Positions 19,984 to 31,344 of a stretch of DNA of 64,000 nt are shown here, piece by piece. Numbering within the stretch: position 1 is the first letter of the stretch; each line of letters begins with the position of its first letter. This stretch comes from an uncultured Planctomycetota bacterium (lineage in GTDB: Bacteria; Planctomycetota; Planctomycetia; Isosphaerales; Isosphaeraceae). The stretch covers positions 2,624,001-2,688,000 of the forward strand of contig CAWGMQ010000004.1 in NCBI GenBank assembly GCA_963823665.1. The letters are read 5' to 3'. The position numbers and the translations under genes are program-made. The notes beneath the pieces were generated by a model. That model made no database searches and was not told the origin of the DNA. It worked only from the letters and a program-made list of their open reading frames with translations.

Positions 19984-20925
19984 ATGGGTGGGATAAATCG
20001 GTACTACGCAGCGGCTTGTCAGACGGATTTGCCGTGTTTGCGCGGGCGGGGGGAGCTGACTGAACGGGTGGGGCGGCTGCTGTCGATGGTGGACCGGGCG
20101 GTCGTGGGGTATGAGCCGTTTTTTGATGTTCGGCTCGTTGTGTTTCCGGAGTTTGCTCATACGGCTCCGATTTATGAGACCGTCGAGGAGCTGCGGGACA
20201 AGCTTGCGGTGCCGATTCCGAATGAGCACACGGACCGGTACGTGAAGAAGGCTCGGGAGCGCGCGGTTTATATCCAGACGGGGTCGTTTCTGGAGGTTGA
20301 TCCACGGTGGCGCGGGGCGGTTTTTAACACGACTTGTCTGATCGGGCCGGATGGGGTGCTTTCCCGGTATCGGAAAGTCAATCCGTGGCTGCCGTGGGAG
20401 GTGCACGCGAGCCCGCACGATTTGCCCGGGTATGACGAGCCGCTCTTTCCGGTGGTCGAGACGGAGATCGGCATGCTGGGGGCGGCTATTTGCTACGACT
20501 GGCTTTTTCCGGAGGCGATCCGGGCACTGGCGCTGGGCGGGGCAGAAGTGCTGATTCGGGTGTCGGCGTACATGGATCCCTGGGGGGCGACGGCGCCCAT
20601 GGACTGGTGGACGCTTTTTAACCGGGCGCGGGCGGTCGAGAACTTTGCGTACGTGGTCGCAGCGAACCAAGGGGCGAGTGCGGAGAATTATCCGCCGTTC
20701 TCGTGGCCGGGGGGGAGCATGGTGGTGGATTACGACGGGCGGATCCTGGCGCAGGCTGACCCGGGGCCGGGGGAGAAGATCGTGGTGGGGCCGATTGATC
20801 TGGCGGCACTGCGGGCCGAACGTGAGCGGCGGCGAGGGCATCATTTCCTTTCGCATATCCGGGCTGAGGCCTATACTGATCTGTACGCCCGGCCCATCTT
20901 TCGTCCCGGCGGGCGACCGAAGTGA
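19984..20925 (+). CDS. Nitrilase/carbon-nitrogen hydrolase family
   Basis: VVFPE, YRK, ICYDWLFPE catalytic E-K-C triad; RARAVEN. Confidence 0.92.
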   Translation: MGGINRYYAAACQTDLPCLRGRGELTERVGRLLSMVDRAVVGYEPFFDVRLVVFPEFAHTAPIYETVEELRDKLAVPIPNEHTDRYVKKARERAVYIQTGSFLEVDPRWRGAVFNTTCLIGPDGVLSRYRKVNPWLPWEVHASPHDLPGYDEPLFPVVETEIGMLGAAICYDWLFPEAIRALALGGAEVLIRVSAYMDPWGATAPMDWWTLFNRARAVENFAYVVAANQGASAENYPPFSWPGGSMVVDYDGRILAQADPGPGEKIVVGPIDLAALRAERERRRGHHFLSHIRAEAYTDLYARPIFRPGGRPK

Positions 20926-21075
20926 AGTGCCGGGAATCTGGCCGGGAAATCGGGGCGTGCACGGGGCTCATCGTCATCTTTCATTCACCTGTGCACGTGC
21001 CTGGGATCGAGCGGATCTGTTAGTTCGTTTATTGATCGGGATCGGAATCATTCCATTCGTTCGAAGGAACACGTT

Positions 21076-24000
21076 ATGCGACTGGGATTTATTGCGCCTG
21101 GGGGCTCGTCGCGGCGACTGCGATCGGGTTCCTGGTGGTTTCGGCGCGCGGAAAGACGAAGCCGGAACCGGGGGCGAGCGTGCAGAAGGCGGTGGAAAAG
21201 CGACAAGAGCCAAGCGCGCTGAAAAATGAAATCCCCGGCAGTGAACTGGCGGCGGTGATGGCGGCGCATTACAAGGGGCTGGGGCTGATGGAGCAGTATC
21301 AGTACCACGCGGCCTCGGCGGAATTTCGGGATGTGGTGAAGCGAGCGCCGGGGTGGATTCCGGGATCGATCAACCTTGCGATTGCGCTGCTGAATGACAG
21401 CGACGCAAAGGCCGAAGAGGCGCTCGATTTGCTGGCCGCGGTGCTGGCACGCGATCCCGATAACCCCTATGCGCACTTCAACCAGGGATTCATCCTCCGG
21501 CAACTGGGGAGGGACGGCCGCGCGCACGCGCATTTCAAGCGAGTGACCGAGATCGATCCTTTGGACGCGGCCGGCTGGTACTGGGCGGGTGAGACGATTC
21601 CCGGAGTGGATACGGAGGCTCTGGATCCCGAGGCGCGCATGGACGCGCTCAAGGAAAAATCCAAGAAGGAGATCCCGTACTTCACGAAGGCGCTCGACCT
21701 GAATCCTTATTTCACACCGGCGGTCTACCGGATGGCGATGGCCGCGCGATTGACGATGGGCCGGAAGGAAGTAAACGAGTGGTTCCAGCGCTATCGGAAA
21801 ATCAAGCCGGATCTAGCGGACTCGGCGCCCGGGCCGGGGGAGTCAGTGGGGCGGGAGTACGGCGAGAAGGGGAAATATGGGGCTGTTATCAATCCGTTTC
21901 CAGCTCTGCTGGCGGCCAAAGAGAACGCGGGGCCGGCGCCCAAGTTCGAGGCTGCTCGGCCGATTGATGTGGAGCTGGGGCAAGGTGAGCGCTGGGCCAG
22001 GCCGGGCGACTTCACGGGGGGGGCGGCGGTGATTGGCCGGGCGCGCGATCGATTCGGCGCGGGCATCGCGGCATTTGACGCGGATCGAGACGGCAAGCTG
22101 GATCTTTATCTCACGTCGGCTATCACGGGCCCTGGGGGACTGCGGGACGCGCTGCTGCTCAACAAGGGGGAGGGGCGATTTGCGGACCGCTCGGCAGCGT
22201 TCGGGCTCGCCAAGGACCGATCCAGCATCGGCGTTGCCGCCGCGGATTTCGATGCGGACGGGCAGATCGACCTCTGTCTGACAGGCGTGGGTGGCAACAA
22301 GGTGCTGCGCAATATTGAAGGCAAGAGATTCGAGGACATCACGTCAACGCTGAAGGGGTTTCCGGCGCGGGCGATTTCGATCATGGCGCGGTGGCTGGAC
22401 CTCGATCAGGACGGCGATCTGGATCTTTATATCGTGAACCACTGCGGGATCGATGATGCAGAGAAGGCATTCGCCGAGGGGAAGGTGAGCGTTCCGGGGG
22501 TGGCGAACTTGGTCTATCGGAACGATGGCCAGCCACCGGCAGAGTCGGCGAATATGCCCGGTGCCCGGGCACCCGTGGCTACCGCCTACAACCGTCCGGA
22601 CGCGAAGCGCGGGTTGTCGATCGCAATCGGACCATGGCCAGGGGCGGAGGCGCTGCTGGGGGGAGCACGGGCGCACACGGGAATCGCGGCGCTCGACGTC
22701 GACGATGACCGGGACATTGACCTGGTGCTCTCGGCCGACCAGAGCGCGCCGGTGGCGATCATCAACGACAGGTTGAATGTCTTTCGTGAAGCACCCATTG
22801 AAGGCATTGATCCACCGGGTGGGATTTCGGGGCTGCTCACGATGCATATCGACTCGGATGGACGGCCGGACGTGGTTGCGGCGAGCTGGAACGGTCCGAT
22901 GCAGCCGTGGCGAAACGTGACGGAGCGCACGAGTGACGGCAAGGTGAGGATCCGGTTTCAGTCATGGCCGATCGACGCCGCGCGATGGAGAAGCGCACAA
23001 GCGATTGATCTGGATCTCGACGGCCGAACGGACTTGCTCGGGTGCGCGGCAACAGCGGCTGGCGGAGCGGGCGGCGCGCCCGTGCCGTTCTGGGCGCGCA
23101 GTGAAGGGAAGCGATTCCGAGCCGAGGGACTCACCGCGGGGGTGCCATACACCGGGCTCACGGGGGTTACGGCCGTTGACCTGGTGGGCGATCCGCTTCC
23201 TGACATCTTGATCGTGGGGGCGGAGGAGGGACCGGTGCTCGCGCAAAATCGCGGGAACGGACAGCACTGGCTCTCGATGCGGCTAGGGGGCCACTGGCAG
23301 CCGAGTCCGGTGATGATGCGTACAAATTCTCATGCGATCGGAGCGCGCGTGATGATCGAGGGGCCGGGGTTTTTCACGGCGTACGACCATACCACTCCGG
23401 ACTCGGGGCTGGGCCAGTCGATCGCGCCGTTCGTTCTGGGATTGGGACCAAACCGGCAAGTGGATCTGGTTCACGTGGTGTGGCCCGACGGCGTGATGCA
23501 GTGTGAGCTCAAGAGGGAAGCAGACCAAGCAATCGATCTGGCGGAGAAAAATCGGAAGCGCTCGAGCTGCCCGGTACTTTTCACCTGGGACGGCTGCCGA
23601 TATGTCTGCGTCTGCGACTTTCTTGGGGGGGGTGGACTGGGGTACCTGGTTGCGCCAGGGGTTTACAGCCAGCCCGATCGTGATGAGAGCGTGGCGATCA
23701 ACACCGAGCAACTGAAGCCGAGCGGCGAGGTCTTTCGGATAACGATCATGGAGCCGATGGACGAGGTGTCGTATCTCGATCAATTCGTGCTGGATGTGGT
23801 GGATCGGCCGCCGGGTGTGTCGGCGACACCGGATGAGCGGTTCGCGCCGGAAGGACCGCGGCCGACTGGCACCCTGATCGCGTGGAAGAATGCTGTTCAT
23901 CCGGTGCGGGCGAGCGACCTGGAAGGCAACGACCTGACGGAGACACTGCGGCGCTGGGACCGGGTGATGGCCGACGGGTTTCGCAAGCTCGACGGCTGGA

Positions 24001-24845
24001 TCGGCTATGCGGAGGAGCATGGTGTGGTGCTTGACTTCGGTGATCAACTCAGCCGGTACGGAGCGGGTGACCGGCTCGTGTTGTGCCTGGCAGGCTGGGT
24101 GGAGTATCCGTATTCGCAGACGAATTACGCGGCGGCGACGGCTGGCGTGGTGCTCAAGGCGCCGACGATCGAGCGACTTCTTGGCGATGGGAAATGGAAG
24201 ATGATCGAGCCGCACGCGGGGTATCCGGCGGGGCTGCCGCGGCTGATGACGGTCGATCTCACGGGCAAACTGGGCGGTCCGCGGTGCGTGCTGCGAATCA
24301 AGACGAATATGGAATGCTACTACGACCAGGCGTTCATTGCGGTGCGCGATCCAGAGGCGGAGAAGGCGCTTCGGGTGACATCGCTGCCGGTCGCGCGGGC
24401 GGTGCTCGCATATCGCGGTTATGTGCGCGAGGTTTCACCGGACGGAAAGCTACCGCGGCTGTATGACTACGATCAGGTTGATCCCGCGCCGCTGGCCCGG
24501 CTGCGTGGCAAGCTGACGCGGTTTGGAGATGTTTTGCGGCTGTTGCAAGCGGATGACGACCAGCTTTGCCTGGTTGGCCCGGGTGACGAGCTTCGGGTGG
24601 AATTCTCGGCGTCGGGCCTTGCGGATCTGCCGCGGGGCTGGACGCGGAGCTACGTCCTGCGCAGCGTTGGTTATTGCAAGGACGCCGATCCGTTCACGGC
24701 CGGAAGCGACACGGTCGAGCCGCTGCCCTGGCGCGAGATGCCGGCTTATCCGTTCGGCCGGGAGGTCAGGCGCAGGCGTGATACGGCGTATGAGTCGTAT
24801 CTGCGGATGTATCAAACCCGGCTGGCCGGGGGCGAGCATCCATGA
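21076..24845 (+). CDS. TPR + FG-GAP + ASPIC/UnbV (CRTAC1-like) protein, copy 1; 1-nt deletion near 21097
   Basis: DADRDGKLDLY and DFDADGQID repeats, AIGARV, WPDG, SCP motif; signal peptide restored by alignment to copy 2. Confidence 0.85.
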
Positions 24846-24876
24846 TGAGAAGGACGCGATGGGGGCGGAGACACGC

Positions 24877-24904
24877 ACTTTCGCGGAGCGAAAGGCGACA
24901 CTGG
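24877..24904. repeat. REP-like hairpin ACTTTCGCGGAGCGAAAGGCGACACTGG
   Basis: Same unit as the 28811-29002 cluster. Confidence 0.85.
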
Positions 24905-24968
24905 GGCGAGTGCGAATTTGTCTGTTCATTCGGATCGGAATCATTTCATTCGTTCGAGGAACTGCGTC

Positions 24969-27900
24969 ATGCGATTGCGACTTAATGCGCGCTGGGGGCT
25001 CGTCGCGGTGACGGCGATCGGGTTTCTGGTTGTTTCGGCGTGCGGGACCAAGGAGCCTGAACCGGGGGCAAGCGGGCCGAAGGCAGCGGAACAGCGTGTC
25101 GAGCCGAGCAAGCTGAAGGATGAGATTCCCGGGGGTGAGCTGGCGGCGGTGCTGGCGGCGCATTACGCGGGGCTCGGGCACATGGAGCGGTACGAGTACC
25201 GGGAGGCGGTCGAGGCGTTTCGCTCGGTACAGAAGCGAGCGCCGGGGTGGATTCCGGGGGCGATCAACCTGGCGATTGCGCTGCTCAACGACAGCGGGGT
25301 CAAGGTGGAGCAAGCCAAGAAGGCGGGGGGGGCCCCGTCTGCCGCCAATTTCGACGAGGCGCTTGGGCTGCTGGCGGGAGTGCTGAAACGAGACGCCAAC
25401 AATCCCTATGCCCATTTTTGCCGGGGGATCATGCTCGAGCAGCTCGGCAATATTGCCGAGGCGCATGACCACTTCAATCGCGTGACGGAGATTGACCCGA
25501 ACGACGCGGCTGGCTGGTACTGGATGGGCGCCACGCTTCCCGAGGCGACTCGGGACGCGCCGGATCCCGAAACGCGGATGAAGGCGCTCAAGGAGAAATC
25601 GAAGGAAGAGATGGCGTATTTCAAGAAGGCACTCGAGCTCAATCCTTACTTGACGCCGGCTGTTTATCGCTATGCGATGGCTGCTCGTTTGGCGACAGGA
25701 ATGAAGGAAAGCTCGGAGTGGTTTGCGAAGTGGAAACGGATGAACCCCGATCAGGATCCGTCGGTGGCGGCACCTGGGCCGGGCGATATCCTCGACAAAA
25801 AGTATGGGGATATGGGGCGATATGGGACCATCGTGAACCCGTTGCCCGAGCTGGGGAAGGTTGAAACGAGCGAGGTACCCGGGCCGCGGTTCGAGGCGGC
25901 TCGGCCGCTGGACGTGAAACTCGCTGAAGGCGAGCGATGGGCGAACTACGCGGATCTCAGGGGCAAGGCTGAGGTGACCGGGTGGGCACGCGGTCGTTTT
26001 GGCCCCGGGATCTCGGCGTTTGACGCTGATGGGGACGGAAAGCTCGACATTTATCTGACGTCGGCCGTGATCGGAGCAAGCGGCATTCGAGACATCTTGC
26101 TGCTCAACAAGGGCGAGGGGCGGTTTACGGATGGCTCGGCGGCGTTCGGGCTGGCGAAGGACCGGGGCAGCATCGGCGTCGCTGCGGCCGACTTTGATGC
26201 GGACAAGCATATTGATCTGTTTCTGACGGGGGTGGGCGGGAACCGTCTGCTGCGCAACATCGAGGACAAGCGATTTGAGGATATTTCCGCGGTTCTCAAG
26301 CCGGCGGGGGTGTCAGCTTTGTCGCTCATGGCGCGGTGGGTGGATATCGATCAGGATGGTGATCTCGATCTTTATGTCGTGAATTACTGCGCTGCGGCGG
26401 ATGCGGAGAAGGCGGCGAGTGGGGTAGTGGGCGTCGTGAATTCGGTCTATCGCAATGACGGGGAGGCGCCGGCTGATGCGGCGGCTGCTACGATCCAGGC
26501 GCGAGCGCCGGCGGCAACGGCGTACGGGCGGAAGACCGAGAAAGGACTGTCGATTGCGCTTGTGCCATGGCCGCGGGCCGAAGCGCTGCTGGGCGGTACG
26601 AGAGCGCACACCGGTATGGCCGTCCTCGACATCGACAATGATCGTGATCTCGACTTTGTGCTATCGGCCGACAAGAGCCCGCTGGTGGCGATCTTGAATG
26701 ACAGGCTGGGGGCATTTCACGAGGCTGCGATCGAGGGCGTTGCTGTTAATGAAACCCCAGCGGGGCTGCTGACCGTGCACCTCGATGCGGATGGGCGCGC
26801 GGACGTGGTGGCGTTCAACGGGCTCGGGCAGGCACAGGCGTGGCGGAATGTGACGGAGCGTGCGACTGCGGATAAGACCAGGATCCGATTCGAATCGTGG
26901 CCGATTGATAGTGACCCCTGGACCACGGGGCAGGCGGTCGATCTGGATCTGGATGGGCGAACTGATCTGCTTGGCGATTCGCACTTGCCGAAGAAGAGTG
27001 TGCACGATCCGGAGAGTCTTGCGGAATGGAGCCGTAATGATGGGCGGCGGTTCGTGAAAGGCTGGCTTGAACAACCGGTGGAAGCTTCACGGACTACATC
27101 GGGCGTGCTTGCGGCTGATCTGGTTGGTGATCCGTTGCCGGACATTTTGAGGCTAGGGCCGGGTGAAGGCCCGGTCCTGGCGCGGAACCTGGGAAACGGG
27201 CAGCACTGGGTGTCGCTGAAGCTGGGGGGATACTGGCGGGTGAAGCCCGAGTTCATGCGAACGAATCCGCATGGGATTGGAACGCGGGTGACGCTCGAGG
27301 GGCAGGGGTTGTTTGTGCCGTACGATCACACGACACCGGAGTCGGGGCTCGGGCAGTCGGTCGCGCCGATTGTGCTGGGGATGGGGGCATCGCAACATGC
27401 GGATCTTGTGCATTTGCGGTGGCCGGATGGTGTGATGCAGTGCGAGCTTTCTCAGGCGGCCGATCAGATGGTGGATATGGCGGAGAACAACCGCAAGACG
27501 GGTAGTTGCCCAGTGCTTTTCACGTGGGACGGTAAGCGCTATGTCTGCATTGGTGATTTTCTAGGCGGCGGAGGCATGGGGTACCTGGTTGCGCCGGGAG
27601 TTTACAGTCAGCCGGACCGGGATGAGGCGATGGCGATCACCGCGGAGCAACTTCGGGAGAGCGAAGGCGTGTACCGGTTGTCGATCACGGAGCCGATGGA
27701 CGAGATTGCGTATCTTGATCACCTGAGGCTCGACGTGGTGGACCGGCCGCCGGGGGTGTCATCGACGCCTGATGAGCGATTTGCTCCGGAAGGGCCGCGG
27801 CCGACCGGGGAGGTGATTGCGTGGCGCAGGGCAGTTGAGGCCAAGCGGGCGACCGATTTGAGCGGTCGTGACGTGACCGAGACCCTGCGGCTTCTGGGAC

Positions 27901-28785
27901 CGGCGGACGGTTGATGGGTTTCGGAAGCTGAAGGGGTGGATTGGTTATGCCGAGGAGCATGGGATCGTCCTCGACTTCGGTGGTCGGCTGAGTGGATATG
28001 GAGCGGGTGATCCACTCGTGCTGTGCCTGGCCGGATGGGTGGAATATCCGTATTCGCAGACGAACTATGCGGCGGCGACGGCGGGAGTGACGCTGCGGGC
28101 GCCGGTGATCGAGCGGCTGGAGGCGGATGGACTCTGGAAGGCGATTGAGCCGAATGCGGGGTATCCGGCGGGGCTGCCGCGGATGATGACGGTGGACTTG
28201 ACCGGGAAATTAAGTGGTGCGCGGTGCGTGCTGCGGATCAGGACGAATATGGAATGTTATTACGACCAGGCGTTCATTGCGGTGCGAGACCGAGCGGCTG
28301 AGAAGGCGGTGCGGGTGAAGTCGCTGGGGGTGGCACGGGCGGTGCTGGGGTATCGGGGGTATACACGGGAGGTTTCTCCGGACGGAGAGCAGCCACTTTT
28401 ATATGATTATGATCATGTTGATCCGGCTCCCCTGGCCCGGCTTTCGGGCAAGCTCACGCGGTTTGGCGATGTGGCAGCGCTGTTGCAGAAGGATGACGAC
28501 CAGCTTTGTTTGGTGGGTCCGGGGGATGAGGTTCGGGTGGAATTCGCGGCGGGTGAGGTACCTGAGTTGGCTTCGGGGTGGACTCGGAGTTATGTGCTTC
28601 GCAGCTTTGGTTACTGCAAGGATGCGGACCCGTTCACGGCGGGGGGAGATTCGGTTGAGCCGCTGCCGTGGCGGGGGATGCCGGCGTATCCGTTTGCAGG
28701 GGATGTCAGGCGGCCGAGTGATGCGGGTTATGAGTTGTATTTGCGGACTTATCAAACTCGGGCGGCGGGAGGGGAGCATCCTTGA
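24969..28785 (+). CDS. TPR + FG-GAP + ASPIC/UnbV (CRTAC1-like) lipoprotein, copy 2; +1 indel near 27891
   Basis: Lipobox VSA-C; colinear with copy 1 through GGEHP; ORFs 24918-27914 and 28018-28785 join. Confidence 0.85.
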
Positions 28786-31025
28786 TGCACAGGACGGGAT
28801 GGGGGGACAAGGCGGACTTTCGCGGAGCGAAAGGCGACACTGGAGTTGGGGGCGCGGACTTTTGCGGAGCGAAAGGCGACGCTGGGGCGCGTGCAGCCCT
28901 GGGGGGTGCGGTTGGACGTTGCGCGGAGAAGACCCTTCGCGGAGCGAAGGGCGACACTGGGTATGACAAGGCGGACTTTCGCGGAGCGAAAGGCGACACT
29001 GGGGCGGGGGCGGCATTGAGGAGGGCGATTGGGGTTTGCGCTTCGGTGTTTGTGCTTCTTCGGGGTGCGGCGGGGATTGCGGATGAGCCCGATCGGCTTG
29101 TCCGTTCGGCGGGGAGTGGGCGATGGTCGGAGGGGGCCACCTGGGAGGGGAGGAGGGTGCCGGGAGCGGGGGAGCGGGTGCAGGTGCGGGCGGGGCATGT
29201 CGTGACTTATGACGTCAAGACGAGCGAGGCAATCCGGTCGATTCATGTGGCTGGGGTGCTGCGGTTCGATCCCGAGCGCGACACCCGGCTTGACGTGGGG
29301 TTGATCAAGATCCAGGCGGGCGATGATGCGGGTGAATCGGGGTTTGACTGCGAGGAGCACGTGCAGGGCGTGGCTTCGGAGGCGGAGCGGGCGGTTCTTG
29401 AAGTCGGCACGGCTGCGCGGCCGATCGAGGCGGGACACACCGCGCTCATCCGACTCGCGCTCGTCAAAGGGCTCGATCCGGAGAACTGCCCGGCGATTGT
29501 TTGTTGCGGCGGCCGGATGGATTTTCACGGCGCGGAGCTGAGCCGCACGTGGGTGAAGCTCGCAGGGCCGGCGATCAGGGGAGCGACAACCGTATCACTA
29601 GCCGAGCCGGTGAAGGGCTGGCGGGCGGGGGACCGGATCATCGTCACTTCGACACGCAAGCAGAAGGCGCCTGACGAGGGCGATTACCCGAGCGCTCCAG
29701 CGAAGCTCGAGACAGAGGAGCGCACGATCCGCTCGATCGACGGGACGAGCGTTGTTCTGAATTTCCCGCTGGCCTATCCACATGCAGCAGAGGGCGATTT
29801 TCGCGGAGAGGTTGCAAACCTGAGCCGGAACGTGGTGGTGGAGTCGGCCGATCCGGGGGTTTCACGCGGACATACGATGTATCACCGGTATTCGTCGGGC
29901 TCGATCTCGTATGCCGAGTTCCGCAAGCTTGGAAAAACCGGAAAGCTGGGAAAATACAGCCTGCATTTTCATCGCGTGGGGGACACGATGCGGGGCTCGT
30001 CCGTGGTGGGGGCATCGATCTGGGAGAGCGGGAACCGCTGGCTGACAATTCACGGGACGAACTCGCTCGTGGTGCGGGACTGCGTGGGATATCGCTCGGT
30101 GGGGCATGGGTTTTTCCTGGAGGACGGGACGGAGGTTGAGAACATTCTGGACGGCAATCTGGCCGTGCAGGCATTTCAGGGGTCACCACTCAAAGGACAG
30201 GTGTTCTCATTCGACCGTAACGAGGGGGCAGGGTTCTGGTGGGCGAACAGTTTGAACGCTTTTATGAGGAACGTGGCGGTCGAATGCGACCAGTATGGTT
30301 TTCGATACGAGGCACCGCTGGCCGAGGGGTTTGATGGGACGCTCACGGTGCGGGACGCGGACGGCGGGAGGCGCCGGGTGGATATCCGGACATTGCCGTT
30401 CCTACGCTGCGAGGACAACGAGGCTCATTCGCAACGACGTTATGGGTTCAATCTGGGGGGTGGTCCGGGGGTGGGCGGCTCAGGCGGGGTGCTCGATGCG
30501 GGGCCGGACAAGCGGCATCCGTTTGTGATCCGCGGGCTGCGGGTGTGGGAAACCCACTGGGCGGTGGCGCCGTCGGCGCCGGGTGTGCTGATCGACAACC
30601 TGGAGATTTACCGATGTGATTTCGGTTTGTGGCGCCCGCATTACGACCGACATGCTTATCGGAACGTGAATGTGCGCCGGACGAACTGGGCGTATTATTC
30701 GGAAACGGGGAACAGGCCGGATCCGCGGGCGTTTCCAGCGCCGCTGGAGCCAGTGGATGACCGGGCGCCGGTGACGGTGATGACGTACGTGGGGCCGCTC
30801 GAGAACGGCCGGCTCGTCGTGCGCGGGGCGGCGGCCGACGGCGGGGCGATCCGGGCGGTACGGGTCAACGGCGCGACGGCGCGGGCGCTTGGGCCGAATT
30901 ACTCGCAGTGGGAGGTGGTTCTCGAACGGGTTGCTCCGGGGGCACTGGAGCTGGTTGCGGTTTCGGAGGACGAGGCGGGGAATGTTGAAAAAAATCCACA
31001 TCGGATGTCGATTGTGGTGCGGTGA
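28785..31025 (+). CDS. G8-domain / beta-helix secreted protein
   Basis: SGRWS..TW..VPGAGERV, EVANLSRNVV, LGKYSLHFH; TGATG coupling to the upstream gene. Confidence 0.85.
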   Translation: MHRTGWGDKADFRGAKGDTGVGGADFCGAKGDAGARAALGGAVGRCAEKTLRGAKGDTGYDKADFRGAKGDTGAGAALRRAIGVCASVFVLLRGAAGIADEPDRLVRSAGSGRWSEGATWEGRRVPGAGERVQVRAGHVVTYDVKTSEAIRSIHVAGVLRFDPERDTRLDVGLIKIQAGDDAGESGFDCEEHVQGVASEAERAVLEVGTAARPIEAGHTALIRLALVKGLDPENCPAIVCCGGRMDFHGAELSRTWVKLAGPAIRGATTVSLAEPVKGWRAGDRIIVTSTRKQKAPDEGDYPSAPAKLETEERTIRSIDGTSVVLNFPLAYPHAAEGDFRGEVANLSRNVVVESADPGVSRGHTMYHRYSSGSISYAEFRKLGKTGKLGKYSLHFHRVGDTMRGSSVVGASIWESGNRWLTIHGTNSLVVRDCVGYRSVGHGFFLEDGTEVENILDGNLAVQAFQGSPLKGQVFSFDRNEGAGFWWANSLNAFMRNVAVECDQYGFRYEAPLAEGFDGTLTVRDADGGRRRVDIRTLPFLRCEDNEAHSQRRYGFNLGGGPGVGGSGGVLDAGPDKRHPFVIRGLRVWETHWAVAPSAPGVLIDNLEIYRCDFGLWRPHYDRHAYRNVNVRRTNWAYYSETGNRPDPRAFPAPLEPVDDRAPVTVMTYVGPLENGRLVVRGAAADGGAIRAVRVNGATARALGPNYSQWEVVLERVAPGALELVAVSEDEAGNVEKNPHRMSIVVR
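28811..29002 (+). repeat. Four REP-like hairpins in frame inside the G8 ORF
   Basis: Cores at 28821, 28863, 28938 and 28980 encoding (F/L)(R/C)GAKGD. Confidence 0.9.
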
Positions 31026-31046
31026 GGGGGGGGTTTGGGGGACGTA

Positions 31047-31211
31047 GACCTTCGGTCGGAGTGTGGGCGGGGTCAGGAGACCCGCGCCCAACTTCGGGGA
31101 GTGTGGGCGGGGTCAGGAGACCCGCGCCCAACTTCGGGGAGTGCGGGCGGGGTCTGGAGACCCGCGCCCAGCTTTGGGGAGTGCGGGCGGCACACGGAGT
31201 GTGCCTGCTAC
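31047..31211. repeat. 40-bp tandem REP array (3.3 units) followed by a GGCACACGGAGTGTGCCTGCTAC REP
   Basis: GGAGTGTGGGCGGGGTCAGGAGACCCGCGCCCAACTTCGG at 31058, 31098 and 31138, partial at 31178. Confidence 0.9.
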
Positions 31212-31344
31212 AGGGGACGGCGGGGCGGTTCTAATTCCGAATAACTACGTTGCAGACGCGCACACGGTTGGATATTCTTCATAAACTCATCGAATTGCAG
31301 GTATTCAAACGTACTAAATCCCGGGCGGAAGCGGAGTCGCAGCG

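Noticed and set aside
24450..26210. 586-aa minus-strand ORF and other long antisense ORFs (19837-20856, 23283-24215, 52535-53497, 62613-63551)
   Set aside because: Shadow ORFs of well-supported genes in high-GC DNA; no recognisable motifs.
28811..29002. CRISPR array
   Set aside because: Spacing is irregular (42/75/42), the gaps are too short, it lies within a CDS, and there are no cas genes.
31058..31190. CRISPR array
   Set aside because: Units are head-to-tail with no unique spacers, no cas genes are present, and the same unit occurs singly at 18826.
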